From: Clostridia bacterium
GTDB taxonomy: Bacteria > Bacillota > Clostridia > TANB77 > CAG-465
Length of the DNA stretch: 64,000 bases
Assembly: GCA_017536445.1 (NCBI GenBank)
Contig: JAFXHJ010000012.1
Span: 2,348-66,347, forward strand
Reading direction: 5' to 3'
Part shown: piece after piece, positions 19,782-29,827 of the stretch
Numbering within the stretch: the stretch's first letter is position 1
How the letters are laid out: the number at the start of each line of letters is the position of its first letter
Made by a program: the position numbers and the translations under genes
Notes under the pieces: generated by a model
Databases searched by the model: none
What the model was told of the DNA's origin: nothing
What the model saw: the letters and a program-made list of their open reading frames with translations, nothing else

Positions 19782-20891
19782 TTATTTAATTATACTAAAA
19801 TCCGTTGTTGTCCCTATTTTAGCAGGAATATCCGCTTTTAAACATATTACTGGACGTACACAACGATAATAATTTGTTGTGTCATTAGCAGTTATTTTAC
19901 CGTAATTTTCCACATACATAATGTAGCCATCCGCCGAAGATGGTGCCGCTAACCATATATCCGAATTAGCATCAGCACACCAAATATACAAATCATCTTC
20001 AGTAGATATATCTATAGTTACTGTATTATTTATATAATACCCTTTCTCTTTATATTCACTTAATACTAATTCATCAGCATATATTTCATATTTTTTAGTA
20101 GCTTCTCTTTTGGCATTCCAACTTGCAACAAACATCTCAGCTGATGGTGTACCTATAGCGCCGACCACATAATCACCATATTTTTCTGTGTTTTTATAAG
20201 CATCCCAAAGCGTTTCATCAAAAAAATAAGCCACATATTTGCTCATTCTAGTTAATGAATAATCCTTCCAATTCGCAAGCCATAATGATGAGTTTTGTAT
20301 TGTTGCAAACTCTGTTAATTCCGTACCATATTTCCAATGAATTCTTTCGACTGTTCCCTTACTACCATCCGGCAATGTTATATCTGTCGATAATGTAGTT
20401 GCGCAAGATTTTTCTTTAAATTTTTCAGGCACCTTACCATAACTTAACGCTTCGCTCGCAATTAAGTATACATATTCATTTGTATGATAAAATAATTTCC
20501 ATTTTGTTATTCCGTTTGCCACATAATCTACCGTTTTACCATAGTCTTCCGCACTTTCTATTAAGTCTCCCAATCCAGAAAACGTGGTTACATTTACTCC
20601 TTTGTCTGAAACTATAATATTCCATTCATCTTCCTTTATTCCTTGCTCTTCTAATTTGTCTATTACTTCATCTATTAGCACTTGTCCTCTTAAATTATTT
20701 GTATATGCATCCGCCCATATCAAAGATGCTAAATTTTGTACTTGGCTTTGATTTGCTAAATCCACTACAAGGCTAGCTCTATTTATTATTCCTGTATTAG
20801 ATAATGTTATTACTACACTTGCTGCTAGTATTATCATAACTATTATTGTTATTACTAATACAATTAATGATACTCCTTGTTTTCTTTTCAT
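19782..20891 (-). CDS. DUF1566 (Lcl C-terminal domain)-like surface protein with non-canonical prepilin-like N-terminus (paralog 1)
   Basis: N-terminus MKRKQG-VSLIVLVITIIVMIILAASVVITLSNTG. C-terminus YIWCADANSDIWLAAPS...YRCVRPVICLK, the DUF1566 hallmark. Own promoter CTTGCA-17-TAGTAT after the rpoD terminator. Confidence 0.6.
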   Translation of the reverse strand: MKRKQGVSLIVLVITIIVMIILAASVVITLSNTGIINRASLVVDLANQSQVQNLASLIWADAYTNNLRGQVLIDEVIDKLEEQGIKEDEWNIIVSDKGVNVTTFSGLGDLIESAEDYGKTVDYVANGITKWKLFYHTNEYVYLIASEALSYGKVPEKFKEKSCATTLSTDITLPDGSKGTVERIHWKYGTELTEFATIQNSSLWLANWKDYSLTRMSKYVAYFFDETLWDAYKNTEKYGDYVVGAIGTPSAEMFVASWNAKREATKKYEIYADELVLSEYKEKGYYINNTVTIDISTEDDLYIWCADANSDIWLAAPSSADGYIMYVENYGKITANDTTNYYRCVRPVICLKADIPAKIGTTTDFSIIK

Positions 20892-20998
20892 TTGTTCTCC
20901 CCTTTATTTTTTATACGTTTATACTATTACATTTTTTTCTTTTTTGCAAGACAAATAAAAATGTTGTGCAATTATTTCACAACATTTTTATGTTAACT

Positions 20999-22300
20999 TT
21001 ATTTGTCTGTGCTCATAAAATCTTTTAATTTTTTACTTCTTGATGGATGCCTTAATTTTCTTAAAGCTTTTGCTTCTATTTGTCTTATTCTTTCACGAGT
21101 TACCATGAATTCACGACCAACTTCTTCAAGAGTTCTTGTTCTTCCATCTTCTAAACCAAATCTAAGTCTTAATACTCTAGCTTCTCTTGGTGTTAATGTT
21201 TCCATTACTTCTTCTATTTGTTCTTTAAGTAGAACATCTGCTGCTTGATCTGATGGAGATGGTGCGTCATCATCTGGAATAAAGTTTCCAACGCTACTAT
21301 CATCTTCTTCACCAACTGGAGTTTCTAAAGATATTGGATCTTGAGATATTTTAAGAATATCTCTTACTTTATCTACTGGTATTTCCATTTCTGCAGCAAT
21401 TTCTTCTGGAGTTGGTTCTCTTCCCATAGTTTGTAACAAATGTCTAGATACTCTCATAAGTCTATTTATTGTTTCAACCATATGTACTGGTATTCTTATT
21501 GTTCTAGCTTGGTCTGCAATAGCTCTTGTTATTGCTTGTCTAATCCACCATGTAGCATATGTACTAAATTTAAATCCTTTTACTGGATCAAATTTATCTA
21601 CTGCTTTAATAAGTCCTAAATTTCCTTCTTGTATTAAATCTAAGAAGTGCATTCCTCTACCTATATATCTTTTAGCTATACTTACAACAAGTCTTAAGTT
21701 AGATTCTACAAGTTTTTTCTTTGCGGCCTTATCTCCTTGAACCATTTTTTCAGCAAGTTCTGCTTCTTCGTCTAAAGATAATAGTTCTATTTTACCTATT
21801 TCTTTCAAGAACATTCTTACAGGATCATCTACACTTATATTGTCTATAAATGAGAAATCATTTATATCATCTTCTAGTAAGATATTCTTTTCTATTTCAG
21901 ATATATCTTCAAGATTTGGTTCAATATCTAATTCAGCAAGAGATACTGATTTATCTCCTTGCGCCATTTTTTCAATCAAACTATCATCTTTTATTTCTTC
22001 ATCTTCATCTGGTTCTTCTGGTATTGTGTCATCTTCTTTTTTAGTTTCATCCAACATTTCTACACCAGCTTGTTCAAGTTTTTGATATAAAGTATCTACA
22101 TCTTCTGGAGATAATTCTTTTTCTCCCATAAAGTCTACTATTTCTTTGTATGTAAATCCTTTTTTTGCTATTGCCGCTTCTACAAACTCTGCTATAGCTG
22201 TTTCTTTAGCGTTTTTCTTTGATGCTTTAGTACTTTTTTTAGCTTTAACTTCTTCCACTACTTCTACTTCCTTTATTTCAGATTCCTTTTTTCTTCCCAT
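20999..22300 (-). CDS. rpoD: RNA polymerase primary sigma factor
   Basis: Regions 2 to 4: [30 protein letters not shown]. Acidic N-terminal region. Confidence 0.9.
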   Translation of the reverse strand: MGRKKESEIKEVEVVEEVKAKKSTKASKKNAKETAIAEFVEAAIAKKGFTYKEIVDFMGEKELSPEDVDTLYQKLEQAGVEMLDETKKEDDTIPEEPDEDEEIKDDSLIEKMAQGDKSVSLAELDIEPNLEDISEIEKNILLEDDINDFSFIDNISVDDPVRMFLKEIGKIELLSLDEEAELAEKMVQGDKAAKKKLVESNLRLVVSIAKRYIGRGMHFLDLIQEGNLGLIKAVDKFDPVKGFKFSTYATWWIRQAITRAIADQARTIRIPVHMVETINRLMRVSRHLLQTMGREPTPEEIAAEMEIPVDKVRDILKISQDPISLETPVGEEDDSSVGNFIPDDDAPSPSDQAADVLLKEQIEEVMETLTPREARVLRLRFGLEDGRTRTLEEVGREFMVTRERIRQIEAKALRKLRHPSRSKKLKDFMSTDK

Positions 22301-22369
22301 TATATTATTCTCTCCCTAATATTAAATTTATACAACATTAAATTTTAAATTACAACCTTTTTTCTTTTT

Positions 22370-24172
22370 TTATTTCATTTTAGCAATTTTTAGCATTATT
22401 TGTTTAAGTTCTACCTCAAGAAATTCCTTTTCATCTTTAGATATATTTTCTTTTTCTAATTCTTTAAATATCTCTTCTCTTCTGTTTTGGTAATAATACT
22501 TCTTAAATGTTTTATCCATTTCTGTATAAAGCTTGTCTTTATCAAAATCAGATAAATTTATTGCTAAAATTTCAGTAATTAAGTTTAAGGTGTCACTATC
22601 AGAGATTCTTGTTAATACATTAATCTTTGTTATATCTTGCTCGTTATTCAATTCCTTTAGGAAGATAAATAAGTTTCGCACATCCTCGTATACAAAATCT
22701 CTTTCTTTAAATCTATCTAGCACTTGGTTTATCATTTTCTTATCTTTACCAAGTAACATAGCCACTATATATTCTTCTTGCTTCTTTCTGAGTGTCAAAG
22801 GGCCTTTTTCTTTTCGTTCAGCTACTTTTTCTTTAACTTTGACTACTTTTTCCTCTTTAACATTCTTTTTAATCTTTTTATTTATTTCAGACTCAATTGC
22901 CGCTTTACTTACGTTATATTTCTTTGCAATTGTATCTACATACATTTCTCTTTCTATATCGTTTTCAAGAGTTGCTAAAATATCTGCCGCTCTGCTTAAG
23001 AATTTAACTTTGTTATCAAAGTTGTTATCATCTTCTAGTAGTTTCTCCATTCTACTTATCTTGTATTCTATATGTGAAATACTTTTCTTAACACACTCTT
23101 CAAAACGTTCTTTTCCATATTTTTTAATATATTCATCTGGATCTTTTGCATCTTCTTTATCTAGTCTTAATACTTTAACTTTAAGTCCCTCTTTAACAAG
23201 TATATCTATTGCTCTTAAAGTCGCATTTTGCCCTGCGGCATCTTGGTCATATGAAATAATTACAGTGTCTGTGTATTTCTTAAGTAACTTTGCTTGCTTT
23301 TCTGTAAAAGCAGTACCAAGACTTGCTACAACATTTGTAATGCCAGACTTATGTGGCGCTACCGTATCCATGTATCCTTCAACAATTATTACAGAGTTTA
23401 ATTGTTCTTTTTTAGCAACATTCATTCCATATAAATTGCTACCTTTATGGTATAACGCATTTTCAGGCGAGTTAACATACTTAGGTAAAGAGTTGTCTAA
23501 CACTCTACCACCAAAAGCAATTACTCTATCTCTTGTGTCAAAGATTGGGAATATTAATCTGCCTGCAAAATTTTCGTATATGTCTCCACGCATATTTTTC
23601 GAAACAACGCCTGCAGCCAAAATATCTTCTTTTTTGTATCCCAACCTTGTTAAGTATGCCATTAGAGTTTCTGAACTCTTAGAACCATATCCTAGGCCAA
23701 ATCTAGTTATTGTTTTAGAGTCCAAATCTCTTTTTATTAAATAATCTTTAAGGATACTTTTTTCTTTCTTAACTTCTTCTGTTAAAGCATCAAAGAAATA
23801 TCTTGCAGTAGATTTATTTATTTCTAAAATTGTATCTCTTAAATCTTTTTTAGGATCTACTGTAGTATTTGTTTTATATTTTTCTAAATCTATATTAGCT
23901 CTCTCAGCTAATGTTTCTAGTGTTTCTCTAAAATCTAGATTCTCTAGCTTAGATACAAATTGTATTACTGTACCTCCTTGTCCACATCCAAAACATTTAT
24001 ATATTTGCTTGTCCGCTGACACAGTAAAAGAAGGAGTCTTCTCTTTATGGAAAGGGCATAAACCTAAGTAGTTTGCGCCTCTTCTTTTTAATGGTACATA
24101 TTCATTTACTACTTCTACTATGTCTGTAGATGCTAAGATTTCATCTATTAAATCTTCTGAATAATATGCCAT
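22370..24172 (-). CDS. dnaG: DNA primase
   Basis: Zinc finger CPFHKEKTPSF, TOPRIM EGYMD and C-terminal helicase-binding domain, 600 aa. Confidence 0.9.
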   Translation of the reverse strand: MAYYSEDLIDEILASTDIVEVVNEYVPLKRRGANYLGLCPFHKEKTPSFTVSADKQIYKCFGCGQGGTVIQFVSKLENLDFRETLETLAERANIDLEKYKTNTTVDPKKDLRDTILEINKSTARYFFDALTEEVKKEKSILKDYLIKRDLDSKTITRFGLGYGSKSSETLMAYLTRLGYKKEDILAAGVVSKNMRGDIYENFAGRLIFPIFDTRDRVIAFGGRVLDNSLPKYVNSPENALYHKGSNLYGMNVAKKEQLNSVIIVEGYMDTVAPHKSGITNVVASLGTAFTEKQAKLLKKYTDTVIISYDQDAAGQNATLRAIDILVKEGLKVKVLRLDKEDAKDPDEYIKKYGKERFEECVKKSISHIEYKISRMEKLLEDDNNFDNKVKFLSRAADILATLENDIEREMYVDTIAKKYNVSKAAIESEINKKIKKNVKEEKVVKVKEKVAERKEKGPLTLRKKQEEYIVAMLLGKDKKMINQVLDRFKERDFVYEDVRNLFIFLKELNNEQDITKINVLTRISDSDTLNLITEILAINLSDFDKDKLYTEMDKTFKKYYYQNRREEIFKELEKENISKDEKEFLEVELKQIMLKIAKMK

Positions 24173-24204
24173 AATTTCCTCCTTCTATTTATATTTACAT
24201 TAAA

Positions 24205-25470
24205 TTAATCGTTTCTATCTTTTAATAATTTAATCTTCTCTTCTCTATTATAATATATATTACACATATTTGAAACTAGCAATAATATTAACGTTACATC
24301 AAATATTGTAGCTGTATATGTTGTGTCTTTACTTAATACCATAGATATTATTACTAATATATTTAATATCTTTACTGCTACCATTTTAATATCTAAATTC
24401 CTTTTTAATATTACTCCCATTATTTCTAGTAACACGACTAATATTATTAGAACTATGTAATAATTTCTAGATGTATTTAATGATTCTACTGTTCTATTCA
24501 CAAGTTCTGATATATTTGTTGTAAACGCATAATTTGTAGGCGTTGTCGTAAATAAATCTATTATTGTTGACACTAAAGCAGTTATAAGCAATACTATTAA
24601 AAACGTATTTAATAATTTAGAAAAGTTCGTTTGCTCTATTTTATATAACAATCTTTTAATATTAAACGACATATTTTTCTTTATTTCTTCTCCAAAAGAT
24701 ATATGGGCTATATCTATATAAGTTGCAGAAGCGGTTAGAATTAATACTAAAAGCACCCAAAACAGCCAAGAGCCTCCTAATATAATATCTATACCTGCCA
24801 TTATGCCTAATACCACAGACATATATATATATTTATTAGTTTTTAATTTATATTGTTTTACAAGATCTATAATATTTAACATTATATACAAACCTAGAAG
24901 CACAAATAATAAATTATAATTATATCTATTATATTCCACTACGAAGTATAAGGATTGCGGTAAGAATATATACAATGTTGCTGCGGTTGCAGATAAGAAA
25001 TCGCTTTTAGTAATATTCTCAAGGATTTTCTTTATTAATATGACTACAACATACGTTATTGTAGTATTTATTATCGCGTTTGCAAAGGATGGATTGTCAA
25101 CTATTCTATTTATAAGACTAAATATATATGATCCTAAACCTTTGCCAAATGATGGCGAAATAATTTCTACATCTCTTTTAGCAAACATATATACCATACC
25201 GACTCTTGTTACTAAGGTAAGTACCGCTAAATACATATACCTATATAACATCGAAATCTTTACACTAGTTATTTTTCTGTTTAACCTCTTTTTTAACCAC
25301 ATATATACAGAAACACTACCCACTACTACTAGTACATACAAAACTTTTATGCCAATGCTCAATTCGCTTTTTACAGTCATACTATTTCTTAACAAGCAAA
25401 TAGCAATGTATATAAGTAATAGCATATATGTTATTGTGATAATGCTACATATAATCCTACTTCTTTTCAA
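24205..25470 (-). CDS. hypothetical polytopic membrane protein
   Basis: 421 aa with more than 10 hydrophobic helices. No family recognised. Confidence 0.5.
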   Translation of the reverse strand: MKRSRIICSIITITYMLLLIYIAICLLRNSMTVKSELSIGIKVLYVLVVVGSVSVYMWLKKRLNRKITSVKISMLYRYMYLAVLTLVTRVGMVYMFAKRDVEIISPSFGKGLGSYIFSLINRIVDNPSFANAIINTTITYVVVILIKKILENITKSDFLSATAATLYIFLPQSLYFVVEYNRYNYNLLFVLLGLYIMLNIIDLVKQYKLKTNKYIYMSVVLGIMAGIDIILGGSWLFWVLLVLILTASATYIDIAHISFGEEIKKNMSFNIKRLLYKIEQTNFSKLLNTFLIVLLITALVSTIIDLFTTTPTNYAFTTNISELVNRTVESLNTSRNYYIVLIILVVLLEIMGVILKRNLDIKMVAVKILNILVIISMVLSKDTTYTATIFDVTLILLLVSNMCNIYYNREEKIKLLKDRND

Positions 25471-25635
25471 CTTTAACTCCCATACATTATTTGTCCTAGA
25501 TTATACCACATACAAGTAACATTCTCAAGAATAAACTACATAATATTTACAAATACTTCTGTCAATTGTAACAGATTGTTATTTTTTTCATACTATGTAA
25601 TATATACAAAATATGTATATAGCAAAGGAGTTTAC

Positions 25636-25797
25636 ATGTGGTGGCAAAATAACAATAATTATTCAAATTCTATTATTTGGTTTGTCTTACTAATATTAAT
25701 TTTCTTTAAGCAGAATTCTAATGATTCTATTAGCCAAGGTGACTATTTTAAACTAACTGGGCCTACTCATATGACTAATAGTTTCTTTAATAGTTAA
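25636..25797 (+). CDS. possible tiny membrane protein (53 aa)
   Basis: RBS AAAGGAG 7 nt before ATG. Hydrophobic IIWFVLLILIFF segment. Weak call. Confidence 0.3.
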   Translation: MWWQNNNNYSNSIIWFVLLILIFFKQNSNDSISQGDYFKLTGPTHMTNSFFNS

Positions 25798-25811
25798 AGG
25801 AGGATTTTAAT

Positions 25812-25961
25812 ATGATAGATGAAAGATGTGGATGCGGATGCTCAAATCAATGTGGCGGTGGATACCAAGGCGGATTTGGTGGTTTCGGTGGAGGAAACTG
25901 TTGCTGCATATGGATAATACTTATTATAATAATTTTAGTATGTTGCTGCGGATGCTGCTAA
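25812..25961 (+). CDS. tiny Gly/Cys-rich membrane peptide, YjcZ-family-like (49 aa)
   Basis: Strong RBS AAAGGAGG 8 nt upstream. Sequence is MIDERCGCGCSNQCGGGYQGGFGGFGGGNCCCIWIILIIIILVCCCGCC. Followed by an intrinsic terminator. Below the 60-aa ORF-track cutoff. Confidence 0.6.
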   Translation: MIDERCGCGCSNQCGGGYQGGFGGFGGGNCCCIWIILIIIILVCCCGCC

Positions 25962-25990
25962 TATATAATACCTAAAATTAATTTGAAATA

Positions 25991-26029
25991 AAAAGATCCA
26001 AGGATAACTCCTTGGGTCTTTATTATTTA
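25991..26029 (+). terminator. intrinsic terminator
   Basis: GATCCAAGGA-TAACT-CCTTGGGTC followed by TTTATTATTTATTT. Confidence 0.7.
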
Positions 26030-26045
26030 TTTATACACTTGAAAA

Positions 26046-27158
26046 TTATATTTGTCTTATTCTTTTTATTAGTTCTTCTATTCTTTCGTTTTCTACATCT
26101 ATATTCAATTCTGGCATTTCATTGTCATTTAAGTTATATTTCACTTTTAAATCTACCACTTTTTGAACTCTATTATCTATTACCTTATTGTCTATATTTC
26201 CTTTTGAAATTTGCTTTTCTAAGTCGTCTAATACCGATTTCATTTTAGAAGCACTACTAACTATCATAAGCTCGTTTCCCGCCAGTATAGCTTTATGCAC
26301 AGCGCTTTTTAAGCCATATTGCACTGTAATAGGAATGCTTGCCAAATCATCAGTTATGCTTAACCCTTCAAAATTATATTTAGCCTTTAAAGTTTTTTCT
26401 ATCATTTTATGAGATAAGGAAGCTGGTGTAAACATATTTACTTTAGATACTTGTATATGTCCTACTAACATAGTTTCAATACCTTCTTCTATTAAATATT
26501 TAAAAGGTGCTATATCTTGCTGTTCCAATTTAGCTAAAGACTTCTTTGTGTATGGTATTACCAAATTACTTCTTTCAGCTTTTGTTGTAGCATGCCCTGG
26601 AAAATACTTTGGAACTGGTATTATACCATTATTTCTATGTGCATTTACTACTTGCACTGCAGTACCAGCAATTAATGTAGTATTATTTTCAGATATACAT
26701 CTATCTCCCAATGGAATACCATTTACCATTCCTCCCATATCTAGCAATGGCGCAAAATTCATATTAACTCCTAGTTTTGCTAATATGTTTGCTGTGATAT
26801 TCGTTGCATCATAAACAACAGTCTTGTCTGTATTCTCTATAATGTATTTCATTGCAGGGATAGTTCTTATTTCATTTGGTAGTACATTTCCTCTTCCCGT
26901 TTCTTCCGCTATTGCAATAAATAGTGGCAATGAATTCCCAATATTTGCGGCTTTTAAATCGTTTATTAACTTTTGTAGTTGTTTAACGCTTTCTATATTT
27001 TTCCCATCTAAAAATACTCCGCCTATTTTATATGCTTGAATTAATTCAATAATATCAGCATTCGTCTCAGTTCCATCAACACCTACTATAAACATTTGCC
27101 CTATTTTTTCTTTTAAAGATAAATTACCTACTGATTCTTGCATCTTATATACCTCCAT
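26046..27158 (-). CDS. nagZ: glycoside hydrolase family 3 beta-N-acetylhexosaminidase (NagZ-like)
   Basis: KIGQMFIVGVDG motif and GH3 N-terminal domain architecture. Confidence 0.7.
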   Translation of the reverse strand: MEVYKMQESVGNLSLKEKIGQMFIVGVDGTETNADIIELIQAYKIGGVFLDGKNIESVKQLQKLINDLKAANIGNSLPLFIAIAEETGRGNVLPNEIRTIPAMKYIIENTDKTVVYDATNITANILAKLGVNMNFAPLLDMGGMVNGIPLGDRCISENNTTLIAGTAVQVVNAHRNNGIIPVPKYFPGHATTKAERSNLVIPYTKKSLAKLEQQDIAPFKYLIEEGIETMLVGHIQVSKVNMFTPASLSHKMIEKTLKAKYNFEGLSITDDLASIPITVQYGLKSAVHKAILAGNELMIVSSASKMKSVLDDLEKQISKGNIDNKVIDNRVQKVVDLKVKYNLNDNEMPELNIDVENERIEELIKRIRQI

Positions 27159-28041
27159 TTTCCCATTTTGTTGTTATTCCACAAGGAAGAACAAATGATG
27201 ATTTTTCCATTTTTATACCTATTTCATCTGTTATTATTCTACCACATTTAATCAAATCTTTTCTTGCATCTTCTAATACCATTGTTAATAAATTTGAAAT
27301 TACAGTGCCTGAAAGCCCTCCTGTGTAGGTATTTATTATCACAAATGTAGCGTCGTTAGATAATAAGTCTACACATAATTCTAAAAGTCCTTCCAAATCT
27401 TTCTCGATGCTCCATACTTCCCCGTTTGCTCCTCTGCCATAACTAGGTGGATCCATTATGATCGCATCATATTTATTTCCCCTTTTTATTTCCCTTTTAA
27501 CAAATTTAATTACATCGTCTACAATAAATCGTACTGGTGCATCTTTAAGTCCTGAACTAATCACATTTTCTTTAGCCCATGCTACCATTCCTTTTGACGC
27601 ATCTACGTGACACACGCTAGCTCCAGCTTCTAAACAAGCAACTGTAGCTCCACCTGTATACGCAAAAAGATTTAATACTTTTGTATCTTTTCCTTGTTTC
27701 TTTCTTGTAAGTATTCTTTCTTTCATATATGTCCAATTAACCGCTTGTTCTGGGAAAAGCCCTGTATGTTTAAATCCCATTGGTTTTATATTAAAATTTA
27801 ATTTGTTGTACGAAACTTGCCAACTATCTGGGAGTTTCTTTTTAACTTCCCAATGTCCGCCGCCCGTTTTACTTCTTATATATCTAGCATCTGCTTGTTC
27901 CCATAATTTAGGATTAGTTTTCTTGTTCCATACTATTTGAGGATCCGGTCTAATTAACAAATATTTACCCCAACGCTCAAGCTTCTCTCCTCCAGCCATA
28001 TCTATTAATTTAAAGTCCTCAAAATCTTCTACATATTGCAT
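27145..28041 (-). CDS. class I SAM-dependent rRNA methyltransferase (RlmI/RlmK-like)
   Basis: LNLFAYTGGATVACLEAGA SAM fold and DPPSYGR motif. Confidence 0.7.
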   Translation of the reverse strand: MQYVEDFEDFKLIDMAGGEKLERWGKYLLIRPDPQIVWNKKTNPKLWEQADARYIRSKTGGGHWEVKKKLPDSWQVSYNKLNFNIKPMGFKHTGLFPEQAVNWTYMKERILTRKKQGKDTKVLNLFAYTGGATVACLEAGASVCHVDASKGMVAWAKENVISSGLKDAPVRFIVDDVIKFVKREIKRGNKYDAIIMDPPSYGRGANGEVWSIEKDLEGLLELCVDLLSNDATFVIINTYTGGLSGTVISNLLTMVLEDARKDLIKCGRIITDEIGIKMEKSSFVLPCGITTKWENGGI

Positions 28042-28081
28042 ATATTCTTCTCCTTTTTAGTAATATCTATTAGGTGTTTTT

Positions 28082-29173
28082 ATGAAAGTAATTCTAACAA
28101 AAAGAACCAAATTATTTATTACTAATACTACAATTTATACTTGTATATTTCTTTTATTAATAAATTCAAAAACTGTTTTAAATAGCATAAATATATCCTT
28201 AGACTTATTTATACATAATTTAATACCTTCCTTATTTATATACATATTAATAACAGAAATACTAATTAACTCTAATTTAATGTACACCTTGTCTTTAGGT
28301 TTATCTAATATATTATCTAAAATCTTTAGAATACCTAAAAATACAACTTTTATATTAATTATTTCCTACTTACTTGGTTATCCCAATGCCGCTAAATGTA
28401 TATATAAACTTTACTCTGATAACAAAATAAACTTAAAACTTGCTAAAAAGCTATTAGCCTTTACGAATAATGCAAGCCCTGCATATATACTTTGCTCCAT
28501 AGGAATAGGAATGTTTAATAATGTTGATGTTGGCATACTCCTTCTAATTTCACACTTTTTCTCTAGTATAATAATTGGACTATGCTATCCAACCTCAAAT
28601 GATATTATACAACAAAATATTACAAATTCAAATACTTTTACTAAAATATCTTCTTCATCACAAATATTAACGACATCACTTTTAAATTCATTTAAGACAC
28701 TAGGGATAATTTTAGGTTATACAATTATATTTTCCCTTATACCTAGCCTTATACTTACTAAACAAAACATTCCGGAATTAATAAACGGATTATTCATAAG
28801 CGTATTTGAAATAACAAATGGAATCAAAACGCTTTCTACGCTAGCAGTAAACACCACAACTCTTTTATGCGTCATTTCTTTCATACTGTCCTTTAGTTCA
28901 CTTATGATAATATTCCAAATACATTCATTTGTATATAAAATTGGAATTAAATTAAAAGAACTTCTATTATATAAACTTATTCACGGAACCTTAAGTAGTA
29001 TAATTACATATCTATTATTAAAACTGAATATAATAAAACTAAATTTAGTTTTAGATGTGTCGCTAAATTTAAGTTTAATAAAGGAATTAAACATACCTCT
29101 TAACTTTATGTATATTTTTATAATATTTTTAACTATCCTTCTTCTATATATAACATTAAAAAAGAAACGATAG
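28082..29173 (+). CDS. polytopic membrane protein, possibly YlbJ-like sporulation integral membrane protein
   Basis: 363 aa, multiple TM helices. Assignment by size and topology only. Confidence 0.4.
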   Translation: MKVILTKRTKLFITNTTIYTCIFLLLINSKTVLNSINISLDLFIHNLIPSLFIYILITEILINSNLMYTLSLGLSNILSKIFRIPKNTTFILIISYLLGYPNAAKCIYKLYSDNKINLKLAKKLLAFTNNASPAYILCSIGIGMFNNVDVGILLLISHFFSSIIIGLCYPTSNDIIQQNITNSNTFTKISSSSQILTTSLLNSFKTLGIILGYTIIFSLIPSLILTKQNIPELINGLFISVFEITNGIKTLSTLAVNTTTLLCVISFILSFSSLMIIFQIHSFVYKIGIKLKELLLYKLIHGTLSSIITYLLLKLNIIKLNLVLDVSLNLSLIKELNIPLNFMYIFIIFLTILLLYITLKKKR

Positions 29174-29275
29174 CATGCTATCGTTTCGAATAAAAGGGGG
29201 ATACTCATTTTATATATGAGGTAATCATATTATTCACCTAAAATTTATATAATATACATAAAGGAGATGATTTTT

Positions 29276-29509
29276 TTGGACGAAAGAGCATTTTTTAATC
29301 CATATAATTTTAATAATATTACACCAAATATGTCATTACCACCCAATGTAACTCCGCCGCCTTCATTCTTACCTTCACCTATGGATTTTTACAACAATCA
29401 GTATTATTATTACCGTTATCTAAATGAATATTTGGATTATTCTATTAAAAGTGCAGAATACGAAAAAAAATTCGGTAATACCAATGCACCTTCAAATCTT
29501 AAAGGGTAA
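29276..29509 (+). CDS. small Tyr/Pro-rich protein (possible spore-coat-type peptide)
   Basis: TTG start 9 nt after AAGGAG. Sequence contains PPNVTPPPSFLPSP and YYYYRY. Confidence 0.3.
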   Translation: MDERAFFNPYNFNNITPNMSLPPNVTPPPSFLPSPMDFYNNQYYYYRYLNEYLDYSIKSAEYEKKFGNTNAPSNLKG

Positions 29510-29551
29510 AAAGGCAACAAAAAAAGAGGCTTTCGCCTCTTTTAATTATTC

Positions 29552-29737
29552 CTACGCTCTTTCAACTTTACCAGATTTTAAGCATCTAGTACATACTTTT
29601 ATAGATTTTACTGTTCCGTTCTCATTTACTTTAACTGATTGAACGTTTGGTTTGTATGTTCTTGAAGTCTTTCTGTTAGAGTGACTTACATTATTTCCAA
29701 AGTTTACTTCTTTTGAGCAAATTTCACATTTTGCCAT
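29552..29737 (-). CDS. rpmB: 50S ribosomal protein L28
   Basis: MAKCEICSKEVNFGNNVSHSNRKTSRTYKPN, 61 aa. Confidence 0.9.
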   Translation of the reverse strand: MAKCEICSKEVNFGNNVSHSNRKTSRTYKPNVQSVKVNENGTVKSIKVCTRCLKSGKVERA

Positions 29738-29827
29738 TTATATTCCCTCCCTTGTACTGGTCTTAATTTTACACATAGTATTTTAACACACTTTTTTTAT
29801 ATTTGCAAGTACTTTTTATAAATACTT

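Noticed and set aside
22533-23744. 403-aa plus-strand ORF antisense to dnaG, and similar antisense ORFs in oapA (10741-11334), ispH (32151-32858) and argS (12689-13162)
   Set aside because: Serine/Leu/Phe-rich low-complexity translations fully inside well-supported genes on the other strand. Typical AT-rich antisense artefacts.
29267-29509. 80-aa Tyr/Pro-rich ORF as a confident CotJA spore-coat gene
   Set aside because: Only compositional resemblance. No cotJB/cotJC partners downstream and ambiguous start. Kept only as a low-confidence feature.
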